The notes under the pieces were generated by a model. The model was not told the DNA's origin, made no database searches, and worked only from the letters and a program-made list of their open reading frames with translations. The translations under genes were made by a program, and so were the position numbers. DNA of 64,000 bases, from contig NW_024704793.1 in the NCBI RefSeq assembly GCF_018977255.1, positions 62,001 to 126,000 of the forward strand, read 5' to 3'. This document shows positions 48,378-61,649 of this stretch, piece by piece. This stretch comes from Callorhinchus milii (lineage: Eukaryota). Every line of letters begins with the position of its first letter. The first letter of the stretch is position 1.

Positions 48378-48700
48378 GTGGAGTCCTGTTGCTCAGCGAT
48401 TAGAGCACTCGCTTTGCAGGCGAGAGTTCAATCCCAGGCAGGTCAGGGCGAAACCTTGGGCAAGTTTCCTGAACCCCACACGGAGCCTAATAATAATCCC
48501 TCCAAAAACCAAAAATAATAAGAAATTGGTCATTTTCTATCTACGACTGCTGGTGGGACATTGCTGTGCGCAATTGGCTGCCGCGTTCGCCCACAAATGT
48601 ACAGTCAATTCACTTGACAGTGTGCTCTGTGAAGCGCTTTGGGACGTCCTCCCGACGTGAAAAGCGCTGTATCAAATGCAAGGATTATTATTATTATTAT
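48378..48700 (+). mobile_element. Full-length SINE (same family)
   Basis: Head, core and tail are intact. Confidence 0.9.
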
Positions 48701-49390
48701 TTGCCTGTCTCCCCAGCTCCAGCATGCACAGGATCAAACTCATTCAATACTACGTGGTCCGCATGCTCATCCCTCGTATAACAAGTAACCCGATCAGACC
48801 AGTTTCAACCGCGCTCCACTGCTCGCCATCACCGAACTGGTCGAGGTCAGATCCTCCCACTCGTTTACAGATCCCTTCAAGCCCTGGTTCCTCCCTACAT
48901 TTCTGACATGGTTAGTCCACAACGCAAAACCCGCTCCCCCTGTTCGACTTCTTACAGCCTTCTCCATGTGCCTCTTGATCCCTGTTGACCACTGGAGGAC
49001 ACCCTTTCAGCCACTACGACCCGAACCTCGGGAACTCTCTTCCTCAGACGCTTCGCTTCACCCCTTGGCTTCCCGTCATCTGGACCCACTGAATATATTC
49101 CTGTTCGACCGCATCTGAAGTCACCTTTCGCATCCCCTGGCGACGATTCCTGCTCCACCACTGCCCAGTGCTCCGAAATGCTGCCCTCAGTGAGGGACGC
49201 TGTATAATTGCAAGATATGTTTCTTGTGTCCTCCACAACGACATGAGAACACTAAATTTGTGACTGTGAGCTTCCCCAGCTCTGCCCTGCACAACCGGCA
49301 GAATATCAAGAACTCTTTCTACCTCCATCCCAGAGTTGCTTTGACTTACCCTTTCTTACCTCATTCAAGTCTGTCTCAGAAGCTATCCCT
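48700..49390 (+). mobile_element. L2 3' fragments
   Basis: MHRIKLIQYYVVRML; reverse-oriented counterpart of the 42610-43000 element. Confidence 0.7.
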
Positions 49391-50641
49391 TTGCCGGCGG
49401 CAGGGATGAATTTTTAGTTTCTACCCCGCTTCACTCCAATTCCCAGCCTGGTTTGTCATCATTATTATTAAACGTGTTGCCTTGACTTCACAAATCGAAA
49501 GGCGCAAGATTAATGTTAATTTTTTATTGAAGTTGAAACAATTTTATGTGAAGAAATGTGGAAGATAATTTCCACAGTGTTGCACCATCGACTGAAAAAT
49601 TATATTGATATCATGTCTTTCATTTTCTGAAAACGTCTGAAAACGATCAGTTTGCGACGGTTGTGTCTTGCTGACCCTCAACTGAAAAAGTCAGATTTTA
49701 TAAGGGTCCAGTTGTTTGTGAGTTCAGGAACAAGATTCTCTCTTGAAATGTGATTGAGAAACGGGGGTCATTACGGAGTCCTGACCTCACCAGTGTGTGT
49801 CGCTGTGGGGGTGTGTGTGAGTGTCTGTTTGGGTGTGGGTTTGTATATACAATTTCTGCGCAACTCAAATGTGAACTGAGTTTCTCCTGTTGTCCTGACT
49901 GACAAACCCGGAAAATAAAATTGGACGCTCATTGCACTGTAAATTACTGCCACGTTAACCTACACAGCACAGAATCTCGACACTTTACAACAGCGGTGTC
50001 CAAATGTCGGCCCACAGTCCGCATCCCACCTTTTGGGTGATTTATCCGGTGAGACACCAATTCCAACCTTACACCTTTCGCTCCCTCCATGATGAAAATT
50101 CTCCTAAGGCAGCGGCTGGAGACGATAACGTGCAACAACAGCAGCAAGATTACATTTTTTGTGAGGCGTCACAAGGCGCTGATATCAATATCAAACTGGA
50201 GCTTCGCTTCTATCAATATCGTTACATTTCACACAGACTCTACTTGAATTATCAATCTTCTGGAGAAGAAGATAATGAAAGATGACGCAGGAGTGTGTTT
50301 TTTCAAATTAGGTGATGATTTATTAATTGGCTGGTTAAGTGAGTAAGTAAATAAATACAGAAAATAAGGGAAATATATATACATTTCATGTCCAATAACA
50401 AGCGTTTTGAAGAGACAATTCAAGATTTAATTTTACACATAACTTGTCACAACGCTCGAAGCCGCTGTGAGTGACTAATAATTACCAACCTAAGGGGTTA
50501 CTTGATTTTCTTCTTATAATTTACCAAAGACCGATACACGATTGATTTCTGATATTTTAGAAGCCAACTCAATACTCTCCTCAACCCATATCTCTATGCA
50601 AACGATCCCGCTATTACTCCTTCCCCACTGCTCCACCTCAC

Positions 50642-50671
50642 NNNNNNNNNNNNNNNNNNNNNNNNNNNNNN
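50642..50671. other. Assembly gap (30 N)
   Basis: N run. Confidence 1.
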
Positions 50672-50759
50672 TGTATTCATTGTGCCGTAATGTGCCCTTG
50701 GGCCGCAGTGGGAAAATTACGGGCAGAGCTAAGGGTTCGATGTAAGCTGTTCGTAGACC

Positions 50760-50859
50760 ATGTTGCGAGCTTTAGACGATTATCCGTTGCCATTTTGGCC
50801 AACAATCCTTCACGCAGTGTTAGTTTATTATCCGCTGTTGGCAACTGTTGGGATTACTG
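50760..50859 (+). CDS. GPCR-C exon 1: MLRALDDYPLPFWPTILHAVLVYYPLLATVGIT(A)
   Basis: 100-nt exon with donor ACT G|GTAAAT, in phase with exon 2. VYYPLLA.VG TM1 start. Confidence 0.88.
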
Positions 50860-50889
50860 GTAAATAATTACACTTGTACTTATACCCCG

Positions 50890-51480
50890 TTGTATCACGT
50901 ATTTTTGAATGGCATACGACTCTACGTTTCGGACTCCAGCTTCGACTCCTGGCCCGCTAATGTCCTGTCAATGTTTTGAGGGATATCAAGGCTTGGATCA
51001 GTGCAAACTATCAGCAGCCGAATGTCGGCATTCGGAAGCCACAGAGTTTGCCTGCCTTCAACGCACTTCCCTCCTGCGGGTTGGAACTTTCCAACCTCCC
51101 GGAGCTCTCGCTCAGACTCACCAAACCCATCAGTAACTGAGGAGTCAAGTGCGATCCTTCCAGCACATGTCCGTTCCATGACGAACCCATTTTTTTCCTC
51201 CTCTACCAAATTGCCCGCCTGCGTCCAATCCTGATAACAAACACACCGATCGCTCATCCGCGGTCTTGTCAATCGCTGCAGTGTTTCAGGTGCGATTTGT
51301 TTGCTGAAAAGGAGGAGGGGAAGCCTGGCGAGGACTGGAGTGGTGGAAATCCGGAGATTGTGGGAGTAAGGACATGGTGGAAGTGCTTTGAATCAGTTGG
51401 TTGTTGTGAATGGAGGGGGGAGACCAGGGAGAAAACCATTGGAGAATCACGAAATTGTTGGTCTCTGACAATAAGTGCTA
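50890..51480. mobile_element. L2 fragments in the GPCR-C intron, orthologous to those in the GPCR-A intron
   Basis: The reverse complement aligns with 22240-22920. Confidence 0.75.
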
Positions 51481-52474
51481 TGATTGAATTGTTTTAAAAT
51501 ATATTATATTTTACTTTTAATAAACGCATGAATTGCCATAACTGTCTTTTTTAATATACAATAGTTACTTGGAACAGATAATTATGATAGAGTTTATTTG
51601 CAATTTGATGATAAATGTTAGTGCTTCAAATCCCTTCATTTATTTTGATGTTTTAAATTATGTTGTGGGTGATGTCTGTTCTTTTCACAATAATACAATA
51701 TGATATTTAAGGTCGTCCTAAATCAATGGAGGCTGACATTCGGAGTTATTATCGCATCTTAAGGAACGTACATTTAAAATTAAATATGACCCACAACTTT
51801 AAAATTATATTCTATGATTTACTTGACCCAGGTCCTATAACACGGTGACATGTTTCTAACGAGAGAAGTTTAATGATCTTTTCTCCACTATCCGACTTAA
51901 AATCTTAACGTGTTGATAAAAAATAATAATTCTTGCATTTCGTGTTGCAACGTTCACATCATGGCGATGTCTGAAACTGATTCGCTGATTCACAGTGTAA
52001 AGTCGAGATTTAATTTATTTTGTGGCCGAAACACGGCAGACAATTTACGCAAAGCAATGTCCCGCCAACAGACATGGAGCTACCAATTTAATTTGATGGA
52101 TTCTTGGTCAGGAAACTTGGAGAAAGTTCTTTCTCTTTCTTGGCAGTGTCAAAGGAGGCCTCTAATGTCGAACTGAACCAGCATCAGGCACGGAATGAAG
52201 GTTAACATCTTACATGTAACTTTGTATCATATATGTAGCTCAGTGGTTAGAGGCCTTGACAGAAAAACGAGATACTTGGATTTGATTCGATAAGCATTGC
52301 TTAATAAAGCGTTGAAAATGTTTTGAATATGTTGAATAAAATGGTCAAATATTGGACCCTTCAATCCGTGGTTGTTCATGGGAAACTGCTGTGTGAAAGC
52401 AGTTCGAGCAAAATTTCATCAACTTTCGCAGCTTACTGTCAAATATTTGTATTTGATGTTCCTTTATTTTACAG

Positions 52475-53373
52475 CGAACCTGTTGGCCATTGTGGTCCTG
52501 TCCCGGGGAAAGTGCGGTCTCTCAAAATGTATCACCATCTACCTGGTGGCCATGGCAGTGGGTGACTTCCTGGTCGCCATCAACGATGTGATTTTCAACC
52601 GAATCCATTCTCTTTATTTCCCTCACACATTTCTGGACATCACTCCCCTGTGTTCCCTCAGAATGTTGTTGATTACAGCGGTGACCCACATGTCAGTCTG
52701 GTTCACCGTGGCTTTCACATTTGATCGCATGGTCGCCATCTGTTTTGTGAAAATGAAAACCAGTTATTGCACCGAGAGGACAGCAGCCGTGGTTGTCGGA
52801 GTGATTTCTTCTCTGAGCTGTTTTATCGCTGTTCCCTGGTACTTTATATTTGAGCCAAGACAGATACTGAACAAAGTGCCTTGGTATTGCAAGTTCAAAA
52901 CAGTTTACCACACGTCCCCCTCATGGATTGTGTTTCACTGGTTTGAAACAATAACAACCCCATTTGTTCCTTTCTTGCTGATTTTGCTGATGAACGTGGT
53001 GACCGTCAGACACATTTTAGTGGCAAACAGAATCCGCAGAAGTCTCCTGAACCAAAATAGTGAAAGTGGCAATGATCCAGAGATGGAGAATCGAAGGAGA
53101 TCCATTATCTTACTCTTCGCCATATCAGGCAGCTTCATCCTGTTGTGGCTGATGTATGTTTTAGAATTTATACTTTCTCGAACTTTAGACAATTATTTCT
53201 ACACAGATTACACAGACCCAGTATATGTTGTCCGCCACGTGACCGAAATGCTTAAGCTCTTGAGTTGCTGCACAAACACCATCATTTATGCCTTGTCACA
53301 ATCTAAATTCAGAGAGGATGTAAAATATCTCGTGATATATCCATTTAAACACATGTTTAAACTTCTTAAGTAA
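52475..53373 (+). CDS. GPCR-C exon 2: class A 7TM receptor, GPR139/GPR142-like family; close paralogue of GPCR-A
   Basis: Acceptor TTTTACAG|CG; 899 nt, same length as GPCR-A exon 2; ~82% amino-acid identity by manual count; predicted protein 332 aa. Confidence 0.93.
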
Positions 53374-53739
53374 TGTAAACTGTTTACCTCTCGCAGCGTA
53401 GTTATTCAATCACTTATAAGTGGAAAGCAGTTAGTAACACAAATGGGATGTGGCCCTTTATCACAAGAGTTTTGGAAATTCATTGATCCTTGCATTCGAT
53501 TTATTGCCTTTTTACGTGTTTAAGGATTCGTAAAGTGTTCAGCAGAATATGCTGTGAGGTAATGACTGTATCTTCTCTGTGAAAAGTTTCTTCTCCATGT
53601 ATATATATTGCTGGACAGATCTTTTTGGCGATTGTTGGGGGTTTTGATGAAGCTGGTGGTTGGAGCTGAGTGGGGTGAGAAAGGAAAATATAATCCCTGG
53701 CTCCGGCAAAGTGATAGGTCTTGAGACAGATTTGGAGGA

Positions 53740-54520
53740 GGTAAGCCAGTGTGCGAGTCAAAATAACTCTGTGATGGAATTACATAGATTATGAGGAACA
53801 GGCTCCTTTGTAAAACGATTGACGCATGAAGTGATGATTTATTCAAAGACAGATTAGATAGTGCTCTTTTAGGAAATAACACTGTGTGATATACTCACAT
53901 AAATAGTTCGGGACATATGTGCTGCAACCGCCAGGAATGTGGAAGTTGAGCAAGATGGGCCTTGATCTTTTCCCGTCTCACATTGCTGATGTTGCTACGT
54001 TCTCCAAACTCATCAGTTACCAAGTTCTTGATATTCTGCCGCTTGTGCAGGGCAGAGATGGGGAAGCTCACAACCAGAACGTTAGTGTTGTCCTGTCAAT
54101 GTTGTGTGTACAAGAAAAACACCTGGCAATTATACAGCACCTCTCACGCAGGGTATCATTTCAGAGGACTGGACAATGGTGGAGCACGAACCCGGGGCCA
54201 GGAGATGTGGGAGGTGTCTTTATGCACGGTCGAATAGAAAGATCTTCAGGGGTTCCAGAAGACGGGAAAGCAAGGAGCAAGGCGAAGGGATTGAGGAAGA
54301 GTGATCCAGAGTTTCGGAGAATAGTGGCTGACAGCGATGTCACCAATGGTGGAACGGGCATCACGGGGCACATAACGTAGGCTGTAATAAGTCGAGCAGT
54401 GGGAGTGCGATTTGGTTTGGGGGTAATCATGTCAGAAATGTAGGGAGGAACCAAAGCTTGAAGGGAATTGAAAAAGAATGCAAGGATCATATTTCGACCT
54501 GTTCGGTATGGGGAGCAGTG
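53740..54520. mobile_element. CR1 3' end (53740-53990, plus) abutting an L2 fragment (54010-54520, minus)
   Basis: Shared CR1 UTR cgggacatatgtgctgcaaccgccaggaa; ILAFFFNSLQALVPPYISDMI. Confidence 0.75.
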
Positions 54521-54744
54521 GAGCTTGTGTAAAACCGTGTTAGAAAATAAAATCAGCCATCATCCGTTTGCAACCAGATATCAGACTACTTTATTATTAT
54601 TCTTTCGTTATTCCCTAATATCCCGATGGGTCAAACCAAAGGCTGGGACAATCAACAGGCCTTATAACAGGACAATATCACCGTAGATATGTCGAGTTCG
54701 ACACTTTGTCTTTACAGCGCACAAGCTTGATTCTTCATGCTTTC

Positions 54745-55700
54745 AGTCTTCTTGCTTACAGCTTTCAATCTTCCATCTGATATCCCCAGTCTTAGTGTTT
54801 CTAGCTCTCAGTTTTCCATCTCCCGTACCCTTGTCTCCGCGACCCGGGACTGCCCCTTTCGCAAAGTTAACGGAAGTCTTAAACCGATGTTCGTCGGTGC
54901 GGACATTAGATCACCTGCCGAAACCATGCTGAGATCACGAGTACACCTCATGGGGTGTAGTGCCTCAGCACACATACACATTATCCTTAAGACCACTGTT
55001 ATCTGATTGACTGAGATAGACGATTGATCAATTTAGGGCTGTATCTGTTGCAAATTTTTTTGTGATGTGGGATCATTAGTACATTCCTTTTAAATGACTG
55101 CTTATTTCCTATCAGTATCCCGGGATGGTACCAAGGTTCTCTGGTATAAGCAACTTGCTCATTATTTGCTATTCTTGAGGGTTGCCTTCTGTCGCTTGGC
55201 AGGCCCTGTCAGAATCTTGCGACTTATTGCTAAGTCGAGATCCTGTGTCGACCGGTACCCTGGACCATTATCTCCGTGGGCTTGTTTTCATTTACTGATA
55301 AGAGGTGACCCCTGCCCTTTTCCAAAGCGGTCCTGTTATTCTTTCAAAAACAGAGAAAACCAGATGTGTCCTATCCCATGATTGTCATTACTTTCTCCGT
55401 TCTACATTTGTTTAATGTTCAATATTATTAGATTACAGCTTCTATAATCTAACAACAGGTGTGATCGGGGTACGCGTTATAGTACAGGGTGATTATGCAG
55501 GCAGCGTGGCATTGCATGAGTTGGATCCTATGCACGGTGGAGCTGGGGAGACCCGCAAATAAGGTACTTTAAAAGTCCAGTCGGGAGTTGAAGAATGAAG
55601 GGTCGAGAAGGCAACAATTATGAATGACAAGATAGAGGGAAATAGAGAAACAGGAGGATGCCATTCTTCCCCTCGAACCTGTTCTGCATCTTATAGAAGA
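54745..55700 (-). mobile_element. LINE 5' region: ORF1-like coiled-coil remnant, 5' segment and endonuclease-like piece
   Basis: Minus strand reads QSRVAETRVREMEN..., then frameshifted QMED..ARR. 55085-55380 is the inverted homologue of 24715-24990, which lies upstream of the long L2. Confidence 0.55.
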
Positions 55701-55739
55701 TGCCTGATTACGAGCTCCTTTCCAATTAATCACCCTGCC

Positions 55740-58700
55740 CAGTATCCCTCAATAATCTTACCTTAAAAATATCTATCCACCTCAGTCTTGAAGGTGTGAA
55801 TTGACTCAGCATCCATAGCCTTGAAGGGCAGAGTTCCAGGCAGCCACTACGCTTTGCGGGAAAAATTACCTCCTAATTCCTGTGTTAAAGGGCTAGCTCT
55901 CATTTTAGGATTATTTTCCCTTGTTCTGGATTTCCAAACCAGAGGAAATAGAGTACCTATATATACTTTATCCATGCTATTTATCAATTTAAAACCTCAA
56001 ACAATTCACTGCTCAACCTGTTAAATTCACGGGAATAGAGACAATGTTTATGCAAACGCTCTACTCATATTTTAACAATGTTCGCCCTGTTATCCTTCTG
56101 GCACATCTCCGATATATTCATTCCAGAAAAAATATCCTTCCTAATGTGTGATGCCCAAACTCTGCATCCAGTCTCTAGATGGGATCAGACTCCAATACTC
56201 CAAAAAGTTGAGGCATCATTTTTTCATTTTTTTTTTTTATTCTGCTTCTTAAATGAGGACAACATCCCACTTGTCATTTCGTATGTTTTGTACCATGAGC
56301 TTGTGTTTAGATAATTGTGTTGGTGGGCACTCAAATCCATTTGCTCTTCCATGTTTCTTAATTTCTCAAGATTCAGAACTATATGATTGCATTTTTGGAC
56401 CAATGTGGATGATCTTGCACTTCCCCACATTGAACTCCATCTGCCACAATCATGTCCGCTCACGTAATCCATATAATTCTATTTGAATCTCCCTGCTTCA
56501 TTCTAAAAAATACACTGTCCCTGCTATCATCTGCAGATTTGGATCTACATTTGTCTATTCCTTCATCCAAGTCGTTTATATATGGGGAAATGTGAAGGCC
56601 TCAGTACAGCAACCTGGAGAACACCGATTATCCCGTGCTCCTATTCAGAGATAGTTCCCCTTTTTCGCAAACATGTGTTTCGTGCCCCGAAACCAATTAG
56701 GTGCCACATCGCAAAGTTACCTCCAATACCATGCATTTTTATTGTTGCGATTAACTTCTTAGAATTATAGAATCGTAGAATCGTACAGCAGAAAAAGAGG
56801 CCTTTCTGCCCATCGAATATGTGCCGGCTCTTCGAATAGAACAATCAATGTCAATCTCACTCCCAGCCTTTAACCATACCCTGCAAACCCGTCCTCCTCA
56901 AATACCCGTCCACCACATTTAAATGTAGTTATCGAATCGGCCTCGACCACTCTTTCAGGCAATGCGTTCCAGATTCGAACAAATCGATGCGTGGAAACAT
57001 TTCATCTCACCTCCCCTCAGCTTATTTTAGAGACCATTTTGAATCTATGACCTCGAGTCACCGACACACTCACCAGTGGAAACAGTTTTTCCCCTTCTAA
57101 CCTAACAAATCCCCTGATTATTTTGAAGACCTCTATTAGATGTCCTCGTAACCTTCTCTGCTCCAATGAGAAAAATCCTAGTCTCTCTAGCCTTTCCTCA
57201 TAACCAAGGTCCCTCATTCCTGGTACGATCCTCGTAAATCTTCTCTTCACCCTTTCCAATGCTTAAGCATCATTCCTACAGTGTGGTGCCCATAATTGGG
57301 CGCAGTATTCTAACTGAGGCCTAACCACTGTTTATACAGGTTAACAATAATCTCCTGACTTTTGTAATCTATGCCCCTATTTATAAAGCCTACCATCTCA
57401 TATGCCCTTTATGCAGCATTGTCTACCTGTCCTGCCACCTTCAAGGATTTACTTGCCTGCACCCACAAATCTCTCTGTACTTTTACAGCCTTAAGATTGT
57501 ATTACCAGCTTACATTGCCTCCCCTCATTCTGTCTACAAAATGCATTACCTCGCATTTATCCACATTGAAATTCATCTGCCACGTGTCTGCCCATTTTAT
57601 CATTCTGTTTATGTCTTCCTGCAGTTGGCTACTACCTTTCTCATTGTTTACTACCCTACCTAAGTTTCTGTCGTCCGCAGACTTGGAAATGGTACTTGCT
57701 ATATTCAAGTCCAGATCATTTATGTACATTCAGAAGAGCAGTAGTCATAATACCGATCCCTGGGGAACGCCACTGTACACTTCCCTCCAATAAGAAAAGC
57801 AGCCGTTCACCAAGACCGTCTGCTTTCTGTCTCCCAGCCAGTTCTGGATCCATGCAGCCACTGTTCCTTTTAGACCATGGGCGTCTAACTTTCTTAAAAT
57901 TATTTAATATGGCACTTTGTAAAATACGTTTTGAATGGCCATATAAACTAATTCAACCGCACAACCTTTATCCGCCCTATCCGTTACCTCAACGAAAATC
58001 AACATTTGCCTGTAACAAATCCATGTTGGCTGTCCCTAATTAATCCATATTCTTCTCATGTAGATTTATTCTGTCCCGGATTATTGTCTCCAAGATTTTC
58101 CCACGACTTAAATCAGGCTGACTGGCCTGTATTTCCCAGATTTATCCTTCTGTCCCTTTTTTGTACAGGGGAGGCACATTGGCCACTCTGCAGTCCTGTG
58201 GCACCATTCGTTTGTCCAACGAAGATTGAAAAATTGCAGTCAAAGCCTCCGCTAATTGTACGCTTGCCTCCATAGAAACCTTGGTTGCATCACGTCCGGA
58301 ACGGGTGACTTGTCTACCTACAACGCAGTCAACTTTTCATACTTCCTATCTGCTTATCCTTATCTTATCCATTTCCACTACCTTCTCCTCCGATACTGCG
58401 ACATTTGGTGCATCCACTACTTTTGTGAAGACAGATGCAAAGTACTCATTCAGCACATCAGCAATGCCCTCTGCCTCCACAGTAAGATTTCCAACTTGTC
58501 CTTAATTGGCCCCACTCTACCTTTGACTGGACTTTTTTCTTAACGTTTGCAAAATATTTTAGAATTCCCTTCAATGTTAACCGCTAAACATTTTTCTTAT
58601 AATATTTTAGCCCCACTTATTTCAAACCTCTTCTGCACTTCCTATATTCTATGTGGTTGTCTTCTGTATCTAGGGCTTGATATTTTTCATGCGCCTCCTT

Positions 58701-59075
58701 TTGCTGCTTCGTTCTAGATACAATATACCTGCGTCATCGAGGGAGGTTTGTGAGACCTAATTTTCCTTTTTGTGTGAATGTATTTATTCTATCGCCGAGC
58801 TATCTCAACCTTGAAAACTTCCCACTGCTTTTTAGTTGTTTTACGTGCCAATCCTTCTTTCCAGTCCACCATGGCTGGGTCCCTTTTTGACTCACAGAAT
58901 TTGGCCCTCTTCCATTTGAATATCTTCACATAAGATGGTTCCTAGTCTCTTTCATGTGCACTCTGAATCTAGTGATGTTATGAGCCCTATTACAATGGTT
59001 CTCTCAAAGTGAAACCTTTTCCACTTGCCCTACTTCATTCCCACAACTTGATCTAATACTGTTTCCTTCCTTAGT
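55740..59075 (-). mobile_element. Nested CR1 LINEs (older 55740-56770; younger 56770-59075)
   Basis: MERVKRRFTRIVPGMRDLGYEERLERLGFFSLEQRRLRGHLIEVFKII; YINDLDLNIASTISKSADDRNLG. Confidence 0.92.
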
Positions 59076-59081
59076 CTATTG

Positions 59082-59321
59082 TTCAGATTTTGGCAAACGG
59101 TCAGATGTTGATCAAATGTGACAGTCACGGTTAACCAGACAGAAATTGTGAATGCGGCATCAACAAGCAACATTCAGGGTCGACACACCGAAAGAATTTG
59201 GGAAGTAATCAGGAAAAATGCGACTGAACATCAGGCACTGATATTGCCACCAGATAGCGAGATTTACTTTTGGATACACTGCACGAACCTCGAGACAGCA
59301 TCGCAATCGTCACTACTTTAT
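59082..59321 (-). pseudogene. GPCR pseudogene fragment (GPR139-like, TM1-TM3), truncated by CR1
   Basis: Acceptor CTCTTTAG|AT. Reads KVVTIAMLSRGSCSVSKSKSRYLVAISVPD, a frameshift, then DAAFTISVWLTVTVTFDQHLTVCQ. Confidence 0.87.
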
Positions 59322-60254
59322 CTAAAGAGAGAGAGAGAAAGGGGAATTGCCAGTCATAATGGTGTACTCTTTCAGTTGATTTAATCACAATCAACGAGTA
59401 CTATGGAATTTCTGTTGTCACAACGTTCGCCTCTCCTAACTTAAATCTTAATCTTGTGGATTCAGAAGGAACAGAACAGCGAGGTTTACTTTTATCTCTG
59501 TCAGGTGTGCAGTGATACTATCAGCGTTTGAGGTCAGGAGGCGTTGCGGGAGTCAAGGAGAAGTGGCTGTTTCTTTAAAATATTCAGTTGTAGCAGGTTG
59601 GCTCTCGTACAGAACCTGATGTCTGACATACAATTAGCCAGATTATTAATGATCCTGGAGTCCAGGATGGATGCTGCCAGGCAGAGTTTGTGTCTCCTAC
59701 CGAGGTGTGGCACTGAGAACCGAGAACGATGTTGCCAAGTTCAAGCGATCTGAGACGCCATCCTGCGTGGAAGGCGCTATTTTGTCCAATTTCTTGTTCT
59801 TGAGCATGACTCCATGCCTACTGATGACATCAGCAAGCGGCCGATGCAGACCTAGAGATACAGACAGTAAGAGAGTTAGATATATACGGGTAGAGAGAGA
59901 AACACAGGGCGACTCGGAGAAACGTGCATAGAGATAGACAAACATACTCGTAGATGCGTAGCCATAAACACAAGCAAACAGAGACAAATCCGGGAACAGA
60001 GATACAGAGAATCACGACAGTAAGAGACAGAGGTAGTATTCCAGCATTTCACTTGAGTTTCCCAAATTGTCGGAGCTCAGGTGCACCTCAGCTCGTGTTG
60101 GAGTTTTGCAAGAAAAATTTAAAGACTTGCCATAGATAAGTATACTGCATAGAATTACAAAATTCCAAAATTTCAAAACAATATTTTTGGCAGTTTGTGA
60201 CGTTGACAGTATTTAATTTGTAAATTAGCATAAATTCTTCACTCAATGCACGAC

Positions 60255-60412
60255 TGTTCATGGGATATTGCTGTGCGCAATTGGCTGCCGCGTTCGCCCA
60301 CAAATATACAGTCAATTCACTTGACAGTGTGTTCTGTGAAGCGCTTTCGGACGTCCTCCTGACGTGAAAAGCCCTATATCAAATGCAAGGATTATTATTA
60401 TTATTATTATTT
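60255..60412 (+). mobile_element. 5'-truncated SINE (core and tail)
   Basis: gggatattgctgtgcgcaattggctgccgcgttcgcccac...aaatgcaaggattattatt. Confidence 0.88.
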
Positions 60413-61649
60413 AATTTGAACAGCCATTCAAATTGGCTCACAGGTTGGAATTCGGCTGATCCCTGTTGTTATCACGATAAAAGTTATTCCATTCTAATGA
60501 TTGGGCTAAGGATTTGTTGCACTCATTGTGTGTATTAATAACAGTAATTGGAATTAATCGCAATCATCCTTGCATTGGACAGAGGGCATCTATTATCACC
60601 TCAGTAGAACACAATATTTTACTCCAAAGACAGTATTTGTGGGCAACAGCTTCAGATTTATAGGGGAGAGAGCGAAAGAAAAAGGCTCAGCATAACCACT
60701 TTAATACATACGCGCCTTAGTAATCTACTGGTTAAATCACTTGCCAGGGACTCCAACAGCGGCGAGAACCGGATAGTAAATGTATTGAATCCTGTAAATT
60801 AGCGGAGCTGTCATTCTGGCAGAGAAACGATGATTCCCAATCTCGGTACAGGCAGCAGCTCACACTGACAAGATGATGCTCAAGAGCAGAAAGCGGTGTC
60901 TTTTTAAAATCAAGCGGTAACGCTTCAGTGAATAATTTCAGCACATGATGAATAACATGTTACACTCATGGGAAAATCATATACTCTCCAAGAGCTGAGC
61001 AACTATCCTCAATGAATTTTGGTCAACTCTTTGACTGAACGGTGCATAAACTTTTCGCAGCACTTAAAATAAATGATAAGCTATCAAGAGTGGAGGGAAA
61101 TGTATAAGTTTAATTTGCTTTTGTTTTTAAAATATCTGAAACAGATCCACATATGTATATTAGAAATTTAAATAAGACAGCGATTGTAATTGAAGGCTCT
61201 GCCTCTCCCTGGAGGCTCGCAGCCTCCTTAATTAATCCTGGAGTTCATAAGGCACATTTTTTTGTGAGAAAAATAGCTTTGGTTCCCCAGAGTGTAAGAT
61301 CAGGTGCATTTCAGTTAAAGTTGCAGTTTGACAAGTTTAAAGTGCAACGATTGCCACAAATAAATATACTCCACAGAAATCCCAAATTACGTCAACCCTT
61401 ATGTTGCCTGTTTGTGGATCCTGTTGAGCAACTGCTCTGACGTTTTTGTTTACAGGTGCAAACGACTTCACTTGAAGCTTTGAGATATAATTTTGACGTG
61501 AAAAACACAATACAATGGACCAATAGAAATGCTACACGAGAAAAAATAAAGTCCATCAAGTTCGCCTTCCACCATCCTGACGGTCACGTCCATTTATATG
61601 TCCTGAACTGCCTATGTATTATATCCTGTATTATTATATTCTGGAAGAA

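Larger units (their letters stand above)
54535..60070 (+). repeat. Segmental duplication copy 2 (direct repeat of 28490-32340, ~1.8 kb longer)
   Basis: Colinear with copy 1 except for 54741-56541, which copy 1 lacks. Confidence 0.9.
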
